This document shows positions 42,904 through 55,043 of a stretch of DNA of 64,000 nt, in pieces. Position numbers and translations under genes: made by a program. A model generated the notes under the pieces. That model was not told where the DNA came from. It saw only the letters and a list, made by a program, of their open reading frames with translations, and did no database searches. How positions within the stretch are numbered: the stretch's first letter is position 1; every line of letters begins with the position of its first letter. The DNA is from Octopus sinensis (lineage: Eukaryota): contig NC_043009.1 in assembly GCF_006345805.1 (NCBI RefSeq), positions 31,620,001 to 31,684,000 of the forward strand. Direction: 5' to 3'.

Positions 42904-44699
42904 TGTGTATGGAAAACTGGACAACGAAGTCAAGTAGTTTTTTTCACTCAGTGTAGAAAATTATTTGGTGGTTTAAATGGACAAGTCTCCGATATTCAAG
43001 TGGCAAAAAAAATTTCAGTAGAAGGACACTCAGGAATCAGGATCTCAATGTAGCCCAGCCCCCTTAGAGTGTAATAAGTTAAGGTCGAAGCACTTTCTGT
43101 CTGAGAGGAAGGTCTCTTCTTTGAAGATCTACTGTTCAGCTCTTTTGAAAGTGTTCTTGCCACTGCATCATCGATTTTCTGGCATTCTTGATTCCAGATT
43201 ATATCAAATAAATATTAAGCGATGTTAAAAGTTGTTAAATAATAAACATTTATAAACGTTCTATAAATGATAGTGTGATATTTATTATTTCAAAAGAAAT
43301 GTTTCTGAAAGAAGGTTAATCAAACTTTAGCTACAAAACTGGGGATTTGGGGTTTGAAATGAAAGGAGTGTTGAATGAAGTAATACAGCATAATCTAGCC
43401 AGATTTTGGGGTTAATCTCGTGATATTTTAATTTACTGTGTTTTTCAGTGAATTTATTTTATGTTATATTGTAGACATGTATATAGCATGTGTGAAAGCA
43501 GATCATCATTGTCGTCGTCATACTCATCATTATTTTATATTTGCTTTACACAATGTCAAATGTTGGATGGAGCGTACGTTCTCAGTCAGATTTTACTTAT
43601 AAATGATTTAGACGACTGGAGAAAAACTTATCACTCCTTTCTGCAGTTGGACGTCTTTGATGGAGCGAAATATCTCACTGCAAGAGAAGTTCTCCGTGGC
43701 TTTTATCACGAACCCAGCACCTGATAAGTTATATCAACAGTCAGGCTTAAAAACCCTCCATACCCTTCTTTTCTCTCCATCCATTTGTCAGCCACTCTAC
43801 AGAGTGTACTGGGTGCACTAGAGATGCTGCTGTGTCATTGATGAGATGTAGGAACTTCTCTATGTGAAGCACCTGTTATTAGTTCATCAACCACATTATA
43901 GAGTGTATGGATCTTATCATGGAACCCATTCTATAGAGATTGCTTTGTATCATACAAGAACATATAATTCCCTTCACTCTAAGTTCTCTCCGTTTAAGGA
44001 GAATGAAGAAGAGAAAGTGAAGACTGAGAGAGTATGAGTATGGTACGAGAGGGAAGAATAAAGTGATAGGAGTGGAGAGAAATAAAGTGGCAAGCAGGTC
44101 TGTGATGATTGCCGGTAGAGAGATTGAGTAGGGAAATAACATGAGCGGCATAATGAGGTGAGAGAGGGTGATCGGAAGAGGGAGTGAGGAAAAAGAGTGG
44201 CATGGAAGTGAGGGAAAGGGAGGCATGTCAATAGAGAGTAATAAAAGTGAGTGAGTGAGTGAGAGAAAGAGAAAGAAATTAAATGATTGCAGTAAAGATA
44301 GATGATGGTTGGAGGTTAAGGGAATATTGAATATGGACACACACACACGTGTGTGTGTGTATATTTTTATATCAATATATGAGCATGTATGTGTGTGTGC
44401 TACATTTTACTGGTTTCATTCAATTCTAGGGCTTTGTCTACAATTGTTTAGTCGTTCTTATATCTGTACCTGTTGGATAAATTATTATCTTTCAAATCAT
44501 TACATTTTTGGAGATAAACAGATAGAAACACACTCCAGCACTGATATTCCTCACATGCCACAAAAGAGATTTCAATCATGAAACTATGGAGAGCTCTAAT
44601 GGCAAGATGATATGTTAACTGTTCTTTGTGTATGTGTGTGTAATGATCAGAGGTTCATATAGCCGAAAAGAAGTAGCCTCTAAAACATTAGAGTAGTAA

Positions 44700-46060
44700 T
44701 ATTTAGAAGGCTGTTTGTTATGGCCGGTTAAGGAGTGATCATTGCTTTTGAACCTATAAAACCCTTAGCTGTATAGGCGATACATTACACTCAAATGGCC
44801 GGAGGCACATTCACTCTCTACAGCTGGAGGTAGATTACGTCGTGGTCAGGATTGTATATACTGGACACTTTAAGATCGAGGTTGCCGTCAGTCCTCTTTT
44901 GGTTTATATAGAGATGATGATTTAGCCATCTCTGGATCGCTAACGAGAATACCCTAGGTAGGCTTAGGAAGGACCTTATTCCCATCCTTAACTCTCTTAG
45001 ACTCAAGGTTACGAGTGAGTCCACCTTTACTATTGTTAATTTTTTTAGACGTTACGTTGGACTTGGGTACCTGTTCATAGAGGCCCTACCGCAAACCAAA
45101 TGAAAGCTGTTGCACATTAACACAGCCTTCTTCCACCCATCTATCATGTTCAAGAGCCGAGTGAAGAGTGTCAGTATGAGGATTTTCAGCCAGTCCTTCA
45201 GTAATGAAGTTTTCGATGCTGCAGCACCATCCTATTACAATGCGGTTTTGGCGTTCAGTGGGTTTAAGGACCAGATATCCTATATGCCAAGTCCTAACAC
45301 CCACAAAAGAAAGCGTCACAGTAACGTCGTTTGGTTTACCCCACCTTTCTCACTCAAAGTCAAGAAGAATATTCCTTTGGGATAGCCATTCCTTTGTAAA
45401 GTGTACAAACACTGCACGTAGTCACATAAATATGGGCGTTTGTTTAATAAACATGACCTAAAGGCTACCTTCAATTGAACGCCCTTAAACCACGAATAGA
45501 GGCAGAAAGCTGATGAAGGGTTTAAAATTGAGTGACCAATGATGGTGGGGCGTCGATACAACTCTGAAGGTGTAGGGAGTGAGGCTAAGGTGGTGACTAG
45601 CAATGGAGGCTGTAGTGGAAGCGTTAACAACCACAAAAGCAACAGCACCAAGGAGACACCTGCCGATAACAATAACAGCGACACCAATTGTAACGACAAC
45701 AGCTGTTACACCAGCAACACGTGAAGCATCATCAGAAGATATGGCAGCGATAGCAGCAGCTACAACAGCAACAGCAGCACCTGCAATGCGTCTGGGCCGT
45801 GACAGCAACAGTGGCCTTTTTGGTGGTAACTGCAGTGCCAGCATCTCGTCCAGCAATAACAACAACGACGACAGTGATACCAGGAGCAGCAGCCGCATCC
45901 CCGACTTCCTACGCAACCGCTGAGCCTGGATGCACACTCATCCGTCCGTCGATGCTCTCGGCGTCGGGGTTTGACCTGCTTTCTCTTCTGCGGGTCTTAC
46001 GAATAGCAAAGAACCACGTTTCGGACTTCTCCCACTACAGGGACGAAGACCGTTCGCTCA
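44700..46060 (+). mobile_element. Penelope-like element: RT, thumb, linker and decayed GIY-YIG
   Basis: GLYRDDDLAI; IVNF(F)LDVTLDL; PYRKPNE; FHPSIMFKS..SMRIFSQS..YYNAVLAFSGF; RKRHSNVVWFTPPFSLKV; HKYGRLFNKHDLKATF; RIAKNHVSDFSH. Frameshifted. Confidence 0.9.
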
Positions 46061-46176
46061 ACAGCAACAGCAGCAGCCGCAACAGCCACAGTAGCTTCAA
46101 CAACAGCAGCTCCAACGACGGATGCAACAGCAACATCATGGGGAATGATAATGACAGCAACAACAGCAGCTGTAAT

Positions 46177-46400
46177 ACCTATTTCTTTATTAACCACAAG
46201 GGGCTGAACACAGAGGGGACAAACAAAGACAGACATAGGTATCAAGTCGATTACATCGACCCCAGTGCGTAACTGGTACTTAATTTATCGACCTCGAAAG
46301 GATGAAAGGTAAAGTCGACCTCGGCGGAATTTGAACTCAGAACGTAACGGCAGACGAAATACGGCTACGCATTTCGCCCGGCGTGCTAACGGTTCTGCCA
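46177..46400 (-). mobile_element. Young Meta-domain-like SINE
   Basis: CpG-intact reverse complement of the 36908 family, including head ggcagaaccgttagcacgccgggcgaaatgcg. Confidence 0.85.
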
Positions 46401-46593
46401 CCGTCAGCAGAAACTTCAGTCACGAAAATATGTCGGAACAACAGACAACACATTCAATATAAGTCCTGGGGGTCGATTTGCTCGACTAAAGGTGGTGCTC
46501 CAGCATGGCTGCAGTCAAATGACTGAAACAAATAAAAGGATAGAAGAATGCATACATATATATGCATATATGTTTGTGTGTGTGTGTGTGTGC

Positions 46594-47905
46594 ATAACAT
46601 TGTAAAGACAATGGAGAATGCGTACACAGAATAATCGATGTATTTATTATAATAGTCAATTCATATTGACTACACTCGTTTCGGTTTCTTTAATTCATGT
46701 TTATGCAATTAAATTGTATTCTGAATTTGAAAAAGCAAAACTCTTCATCAGGACAAAAATTGACGGCTATTTTGTTTCACATCCTAACGGATGGAGAGTT
46801 GATTTCAATTGAATTGTAGCATGTGTGCCTTGGAATCTGTTCTAAAAATAGATAGAAGTTGATTTTGACCTCACTGGACAAGGGATTGGCATAGTTCAGA
46901 AGAGCTAGGTCATGTTAATATTCACTCTTTTTGGTGATGCAAACCAGCTTTTTATAAGTTAGCCCCACTTTTACCATTTGTACTATCCTTCATCTTCATA
47001 ATATATACTTCTACGATCTTATTATTGGTAAAATTATAAATCTAAGTGTGTACATATTCGCTAGTTTTATTTATTTATTCACTTATTTTTATTGTAAGAA
47101 GTTATTTTATTTATTATTCATAAACTTATTTACATAATACTTGTTCATTTAATTAATTGTATAGAAGTACGATTCTTATGTATCATATATACAATGTTTA
47201 TTTTGAGTAAAACCATTTAAATACAAAGAAAGTATATTTAACTTATTGTATCGTTTAAACAGTGTTTATTTTAACTGAATCTATCTAAATTCAATAAATA
47301 CATAATTAACTTTATGAACAAAGTCTCCTTCCCTTTTATTAGTAGTATAATTTATTTACATATATTAGTTGATAGCTTGGGTTCCTACATTATTCGTCTA
47401 TTGAATTAATAGTTTAGAAGCAGAATTCCTAGCTATCATATACAAGGTGTTTAATTTTTAACTAAAGCTATTTTAATTCAACAAAAAAATTATACTTATT
47501 TATAATTCAATTATTTACAGTGTCTATTTATTTATATTCATTTCAATTTATTAAATGTATATTTAACTCTATGCACAAAACAAAATTCTCTTTCCCCCTT
47601 GCTGTTTAATTTGTGTTCTGATGTAAGAATTTGATAAATTTCCTCTACACAAAACCACAGAAACCAAGAGGCACATGCTACAATTCAATTGGAATGAACT
47701 CACCATCTGTTAGAATGTGAAACAAAATAGCATTCAATTTTTGCCTTGATGAAGGTTTTTGCTTTTACAAATTCGTAATGCAATTCAATTGATTAATATA
47801 GATTTAAGTAATAAACCGAAACGACTTAAGGCAATATGAATTGACTATTATAATAAATACATTGATTATTCTGTGTTTGCATTCTCCATTTTCTTTGCAT
47901 TGTTA
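46594..47905. mobile_element. 1.3-kb element with ~250-bp inverted termini, each carrying a hammerhead (46666-46756 minus; 47741-47834 plus)
   Basis: Arms 46594-46842 and 47655-47905. Minus: TTGTC-CTGATGA..AAACC-GAAACGAGT-GTA-GTCAA. Plus: TTGCC-TTGATGA-A-GGTTT..AAACC-GAAACGACTTAA-GGCAA. Confidence 0.75.
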
Positions 47906-48090
47906 AAATTCTTCTCCTATACCGAAATGATGGAAACCTTTATAGTGGCAACTGGAATTTCAAAAGTGTAAAGTACTAATATCGAAGAAGAAACAACGAT
48001 AAACACTCGTACATATACACATGTGGAAAGTCCATTATCATTAATTGATATAGAGCACAGATTTATATTTATAGATCTATCTATCTATCT

Positions 48091-48133
<43 letters not shown>

Positions 48134-48167
48134 TCTATCTATCTATCTATCTATCTATATATATATA

Positions 48168-48240
<73 letters not shown>

Positions 48241-48242
<2 letters not shown>

Positions 48243-49046
48243 GAAAGAAGGTTTGAAAATGCAATTTAAAAGATGTTTATTTACTTAACCGGTTTCACTC
48301 TTTGGAAAAAGATTGTCAAAATTAACATAGAATATTATGAATTCAAAAAAGTTTTTTACATAATTGCCACATTACATGTATATATACAGTCTTTGGTAAC
48401 AGGGACATGTTAAGGACTTAAGAAAGTACAACAGTATGATGAGAATATTTGAAAAAATGGGCAGAAAAGATTAAAATAAATATATTATACATCTCAGGGT
48501 CAGTACAGAATATTATGAATTCAAGGCGAGCTTGTTTACTGACCTGTCCGTTTTAGCAGGTCAGTAAACAAGCTCACCTTGAATTCATAATATTCTGTAC
48601 TGACCCTGAGATGTATAATATATTTATTTTAATCTTTTCTGCCCATTTTTTCAAATATTCTCATCATACTGTTGTACTTTCTTATGTCCTTAACATGTCC
48701 TTGTTACCAAAGACTGTATATATACATGTAATGTGGCAATTTGCAACAACCAATAATTAACGCAACCAAACTTCCAATAATATATTTGTTTTATTCTTTT
48801 CTGCCCATTTTTTCAAATATTCTCATCATACTGTTGTACTTCTTTATGTCTTTAACATGTCCCTGTTACCAAAGACTGTATATATACATGTAATATGGCA
48901 ATTATGTAAAAAACTTTTTTGAATTCATAATATTCTATGTTACTTTTGACAATCTTTTTCCAAAGAGTGAAACCGGTTAAGTAAATAAACATCTTTTAAA
49001 TTGCATTTTCAAACCTTCTTTCGTATATAATTCCACTCGTGCGATA
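48241..49046. mobile_element. Young nested palindromic PLE-type terminus between (TA)n tracts
   Basis: Near-perfect hairpin 48363-48546/48557-48740, plus outer arms 48241-48470/48795-49024. Confidence 0.85.
48940..48984 (+). ncRNA. Hammerhead variant with U3-A8 core (inverted copy at 48281-48325)
   Basis: TTACTT-TTGACAA-TCTTT-TTCC-AAAGA-GT-GAAA-CCG-GTT-AAGTAA. Confidence 0.65.
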
Positions 49047-49082
49047 CCCCACAACTCAACTTTGTTATATATATATATTATA

Positions 49083-49114
<32 letters not shown>

Positions 49115-49152
49115 CACATACATATATATACACGTACATATATGGATATATA

Positions 49153-49204
<52 letters not shown>

Positions 49205-49292
49205 TACATATATATACATATACATATATGGATATATGTATATGTGTGTTTATATATATACATATATGGACATATATATCTGTATATATATA

Positions 49293-49548
49293 GTGTTGTG
49301 TCTGGGGTGTCATTCTCTTTTAGTGTCTTATTTAACACACTTACCAGTTAAGTTTCCTCTCAATTACTAATTAATCTTTCCTAAAATTTTCGTTCCATCT
49401 TGCAACCTTTTCAATAGCCATTGACTATTGAAAATGTTGCAAGAAGCTGCTAAAATTTTAGAAAAAATTAATAAGTAAATGAGTGGAAACTTAACTGGTT
49501 AATGTATTAAATAAGACGCTAAAAGAGAATAACACCCCAGACACAACA
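49293..49548. mobile_element. Palindromic pair of PLE-type termini, family of 54855-55045 and 57795-57885
   Basis: Arms 49293-49417 and 49425-49548 with a ~7-nt spacer. The centre carries U3-A8 HHR-like motifs. Confidence 0.75.
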
Positions 49549-50223
49549 AAATATGTAAAAGTATATATTAATATATATATCCATATGCTTATATGTAAGT
49601 GTGTGTGGTGGGTGTTGTGTGTGTGTTTCTATCAATGTCATTCATTCACAAAGCATTGTTCAGTTAGGGACTATCAAAAAATGACACCTTTCCAAAGTGT
49701 CATACCATAGAACTGAACCCAGAACCTTGTTGTCACAAGGTGGAAAGTCTTACCTGCATTTATATAACATATAATATACACACTTATATACATTCATATA
49801 TGTATATATGACTGTATATGTGTATGTATAGGTCTGTAGTATATATGTATGCATCTGCACGTAAATCTATAGATACGTGATTTATATTATTCATACATTG
49901 ATATATCCCAGAACACCATCCATCAAAGACAAAAGTACTAAGAAACTAGAAACTCTGTCAGCAGTCCCCACCATTGCTGTTTATAAAAATGCTTATCTTG
50001 GAATATTTATTTTTAAAGGAGAACACCTCTTATGGAGAGCTTCATTTTTTATTCAAATAGTTTCAGTAAAATACACAACACAGCTGCATTCTTTTCTAGA
50101 ATGTATGTTTCTGTGTTCTTACCTCTGCGTCTATTTGTATGTGTATTGAAGCGAGCAGACACATATCTACGTATATATATATGAACATAACTATCTATCT
50201 CTTTATATATATATATATATATA

Positions 50224-50535
50224 TCATCATCAGCAGCAGCAGCATCGTTTGAGTCCATTTTCCTTGCTGGCATGGGTTGGACGGTTTGACTGGTGTCTGG
50301 GTAGCCAGGTGACCTCACCAGGCTTCGATCTGATCTGGCAATGTTTCTGTAGCTGGATGCCCTTCCTAACGCCAACCACTCCGAGAGTGTAGTGGGTGCT
50401 TTTTACGATCCACCAGCGCAGGAGCCAGTTGGAGCAAGGGGCCTGGCATCGACCACATTCGGACGGGGCTTTTTACAGGCCACTGGCATGGGGATCGAAT
50501 CGGGCGGCACTGGCAATGACTCACGCATGAATGGG
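50224..50535 (-). mobile_element. RTE 3' UTR copy
   Basis: gctggatgcccttcctaacgccaaccactccgagagtgtagtgggtgctttttac. Confidence 0.8.
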
Positions 50536-50580
50536 GATATATATATATATATACACAGACACACACACACATACATATAT

Positions 50581-51125
50581 AGGTGAAGGTATTGCTGTGT
50601 AGTAAGCAACATGGTTCCAGGTTCAGTCCCATAGCATGGCACCTTGGGCAAGTGTCTTCTATCATAATCTCAAAGGTTTTTGTGAGAAGATTTGGTAGAC
50701 AGAAACTGAAGGAAACTGATTGTATACATACAAAGACACATACACGCAAAAACACACATATATATGCATTGTGTCTATGTTATATACATGTATGTATGTA
50801 TGTATGTATGTATGTATGTATGTATGTATGTATGTATGTATGTATGTATGTATGTATGTCTGTATGTATGTATGTATGTATGTATGTATGTATTTATGTA
50901 TGTATGTATGTATGTATAGAAGTCTGTGTATCATTTTGTTTGCGTTTGATCCTACATCACTATTTGCAGTTTTGGTGTGCTTATATCCCTGTTCCTTAGT
51001 GGTTTGGCAATAAGTACCAAACCAAAAAAGGAAATGTAATGGAATAGATTAGTTTACCTAAAATTCTTCAAGAGAGGGCCCCAGCATGGCCACGATCTAA
51101 TGACTAAAAATAGTAAAAGATAAAA
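50581..51125 (+). mobile_element. tRNA-derived SINE (family of 34385) with internal (TATG)n
   Basis: catggttccaggttcagtccca..ggcaccttgggcaagtgtcttcta; tail ccccagcatggccac..aatgact..agtaaaag. Confidence 0.75.
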
Positions 51126-51378
51126 GATAAATGTGTGTATTTGTGTGTGTGTGTTTTTTAGACACACACCCATGTATGTCTGAAGAAATAAATGATTTTG
51201 TATATACATATTCATATGTGTGTGTATGTGTGTGTGAGTGTATACTTTTCTCTTTCTCACTTTTCCCATTTCAATCTTCTTTATGCACCATTTTACCTAC
51301 CCATGTATAAATATGGCAAAGAAATGCAGCTTATTCTACTAAGCTCTACTCACTTTCTATACAGGTAGGCATAAAACA

Positions 51379-51477
<99 letters not shown>

Positions 51478-51585
51478 CTGATTGTCTCTTATAAGATATG
51501 CATTATATGTGTTATATACATACGTATATACATCCATATGTGTGTGTATATATATATATAATATATATATATATATTATATATAT

Positions 51586-51617
<32 letters not shown>

Positions 51618-51722
51618 CATACATAACGGGAAGCTTTATGAAAATAAACAAAAGACGAAGGCAGGTGGAATACAAACAAACAATTGTATTAGTATGGCAC
51701 TCAGGAATATAAATAAAACAAG

Positions 51723-51760
51723 TCTTTTACGTTTCGAACCTACGCTCTTCAACAGAAAGA
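51723..51760 (-). ncRNA. Minimal hammerhead variant (CUGUUGA core)
   Basis: TCTTT-CTGTTGA-A-GAGC-GTAG-GTTC-GAAAC-GTA-AAAGA, inside a ~200-bp (TA)n-flanked element (51624-51826). Confidence 0.6.
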
Positions 51761-52080
51761 TACACAGAAAAGAAACAAGGAGAGAAAAAAAATGCGTGCA
51801 GAATCTAGCGAATCAACATGGCGATCTATATATATGTATGTATGTATGTTTAAATGTATATATGTATGTATATAACATACATATAGTGCATATATTATAA
51901 TAAAGTCTCTGGTGCTGTATTTCACTCCCCCTCATATTACCACTTTCCCAAATTACATGTCTGTTAGTCTCTTCCCTTTCACCATCTTCCAAAACTTTTG
52001 TCCCCAATCCATGTTGCCGTACCAGATGACGGGGCCACACATTGTGATACACACATACTCCAGCAGAGCAATAAAAATTT

Positions 52081-52121
52081 TCCCCTGATGAGCTCCCAAT
52101 AAAGTGGGAAATGTGTCAAGG
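52081..52121 (+). ncRNA. Degenerate hammerhead
   Basis: CCC-CTGATGA-GCTCCCA-ATAAAG-TGG-GAAA-TGT-GTC-AAGG. The 3' strand of stem II looks partly deleted. Confidence 0.45.
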
Positions 52122-52382
52122 CAAACTCCTTTATATTTCTATGTTTGAAGAGAATAGCTACATGTATTTACATCTGTTTAAAAAGACAAAACATGTTTTT
52201 TGAAACACAGTACCTACAGAAGAAATACTATTTCGAATGAATACTACAGTGAATTTGTATTCTTGCGATATATTTACATTATGTATGATACATAGATGGC
52301 TATTTTAATCTAATGCAGTTTCTACTGCGCATAACAAATACATGTCCATATACATGAATAATATATATGTATACATGTATAA

Positions 52383-52474
<92 letters not shown>

Positions 52475-53066
52475 GTATGTATGTATATATATACATATAT
52501 ATATATTATATATATATATATATATAATATATATATATATACACACACATATATATATATACACACACACACATACACGCACACATACACACACGTTCTC
52601 ACTCCCATACACATATGGAAATATTTAAAATTTCCGCAGTTCATATATACCTAATTTTATCTACTACAGGGAATATATATATTTTTTTTCCTCTGCAATT
52701 CTCTTTGAAAGTTGTATTTTTAATCAAGAACTGTGCAACAGGTGTCAGGAAAACTTGAAATAATCTTTCCCACAGGAATTCACACTAATAAAAATGATAC
52801 AAACTTATTGGAAAATATCAAATTTCATTTCTTTCCATTTTTTCATCTTTTTTCTTTATATTCTCATTATATCCTTTGCTTTTAGCTTTTCTTTTTTAAT
52901 GCTTGCGTGTGTTAATATCCGTGTGTCTCTCTATTTATTTGTCTGTATACATCATATGTATGTGTGTGTGTGTGTATATACATAAATGTATGTATATATA
53001 TGTATATATATATATTATATATATATATATATAAATATATGTATATATATATATATAATATATATA

Positions 53067-53128
<62 letters not shown>

Positions 53129-54231
53129 GTTGTATGTATATATATATATATGTGTGTGTGTGTGTAGGCATGTGCATATCTGTATGCATATATGCATGTA
53201 TAGATATATGTTGATACATATTTATCAACATATATATGCAAGCATACATACACCTATATATCTATATACCCTGCCATACACACATATATATATAAGACAC
53301 GCACACACACACACACACACACACATACACACACGCACACACATACAAACACAAATATATATGATATATATATATATATATATTTCAATTCATACAAGAT
53401 TGAAAACAATTTCTTTTGAAGTACCAGTGTTTGTTCTTGCTTGCTGTTCTTGTTGTTCTTTGTCTCCTTATAATTATTATTGTTGTTGTTGTTGCTGTTG
53501 TTGTTGCTTCTTATTATTTAATTACTTTATTCTTTTTCTTGAAAAGGAAAAAAAAAAGAAGTTCTCCAGCAGTTTCTATGAAATTATTTTGAGAAGATAA
53601 TAATATTGCAAGTGAAAATAAAAATAAAAAATAAAATCAAATCACGGATAGGAAGCAAACTCGATTCAATATATAGGTTATTGATATGGGTCGTTAGTTC
53701 AACATTGGTGGTTGTGTCAAGTTGTCTTTATTTATTTTGTTCTGTCTGTTTGTTCCGTTGTTTGTTAAACAGACTTATACAATTGGATATTGTTTGCTAC
53801 TACGCAAGGGATTATTGAAGGGTCCAAACACAGCAGATTCAATTCGCTTCTGAAAAGTAATAGACTATGAAAAAGGGTTCAGTTCAGTTATTGTGCGATG
53901 GTGGTGGGGTTGGGCATGGTGGGATGGTTTAACGGAGTGACAGTGAATGACAAGTGATACTTCATTATCGTGGTTATCCTATATACAGGCTGTTTAGGTT
54001 ACATTTGATGATTTTTCTATGTTTCCGGTTTTTTTTTTGGTGTACTGACCAACAGTCAATGGTGTTGGAGAGCATAGAGGTTAAAGATGTATTTGAGAAA
54101 ATGTTGGCTGACATGGCAGACTGGAAACAATCTGAATATTGGAAAAAAAAGTTACCTGTATCATGATGATGCAGACCGGATATTAAGCTACTATCATTAT
54201 GAATGCAGCTCAATGTTGTAAAAGTTATGAG

Positions 54232-54660
54232 ATATAACATGGACATCAAGAAATGGTATAACATGGATATCAAGAAATGGTATAACATGGATATCAAGAA
54301 ATGGTATAACATGGACATCAAGAAATGGTATAACATGGACATCAAGAAATGGTATAACATGGATATCAAAAATGGTATTACATGGACATCAAGAAATGGT
54401 ATAACATGGATATCAAGAAATGGTATAACATGGACATCAAGAAATGGTATAACATGGACATCAAGAAATGGTATAACATAGACATCAAGAAATGGTATTA
54501 CATGGATATCAAGAAATGGTATAACATGGACATCAAGAAATGGTATAACATGGATATCAAGAAATGGTATAACATAGACATCAAGAAATGGTATAACATG
54601 GACATCAAGAAACGGTATAACATGGATATCAAGAAATGGTATAACATAGACATCAAGAAA
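54232..54660. repeat. 24-bp tandem repeat, ~18 copies (ATGGTATAACATGGAYATCAAGAA)
   Basis: Direct head-to-tail repeat. One unit near 54365 has a 1-bp deletion, which splits the WYNMDIKK ORF into two frames. Confidence 0.95.
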
Positions 54661-55006
54661 AACAATTTTCCCTAAACTCAGATGGTCTTTGGATGTATCT
54701 CCAGTGAGGGTGACATCTTTGAATAGAGCTCTTGGCTCAGTTAACAACTACGTGACGTGATCAACCTCTAGTTGAAGAGGGTTGCTGCTTGAAGGCCATA
54801 TGTTTAGCAGCCGGATTCAGCTCCTTGGCATACCTTTGAAAAGAATCATAAATGTCTGTTTTTGGATTTGGTTTGCAAGATTCTTTATATGAGTTCGTGT
54901 GTTGAAGCGTATTCTGTTGTGTCTGGGGAGAGTCATTTTCTTTTTGTGCCTTATAATGTAACACACTCACTGGCGAAATTTCCACTCATTTCTTATTTTT
55001 ATTTTC

Positions 55007-55043
55007 CTAAAATTTTCGTTGCGTGTTGCAACCTTTTCAATAG
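55007..55043 (-). ncRNA. Hammerhead variant with U3-A8 core
   Basis: CTA-TTGAAAA-G-GTTGC-AACAC-GCAAC-GAAA-A-TTT-TAG. Confidence 0.55.

Noticed and set aside
52143-52240. Possible additional long-stem-II hammerhead (TTGAAGA-GAATAG...CTATTTC-GAAT)
   Set aside because: GAAA is altered and no convincing stem I or stem III is present.
52986-53600. 204-aa ORF and the many other YI/HT/CV-rich ORFs
   Set aside because: Stop-free by virtue of (TA)n/(CA)n repeats; no protein-like content.
54232-54660. CRISPR-like array or repeat-protein gene (WYNMDIKK)n
   Set aside because: Units are directly adjacent with no unique spacers, there are no cas genes, the context is eukaryotic, and a frameshift interrupts the ORF.
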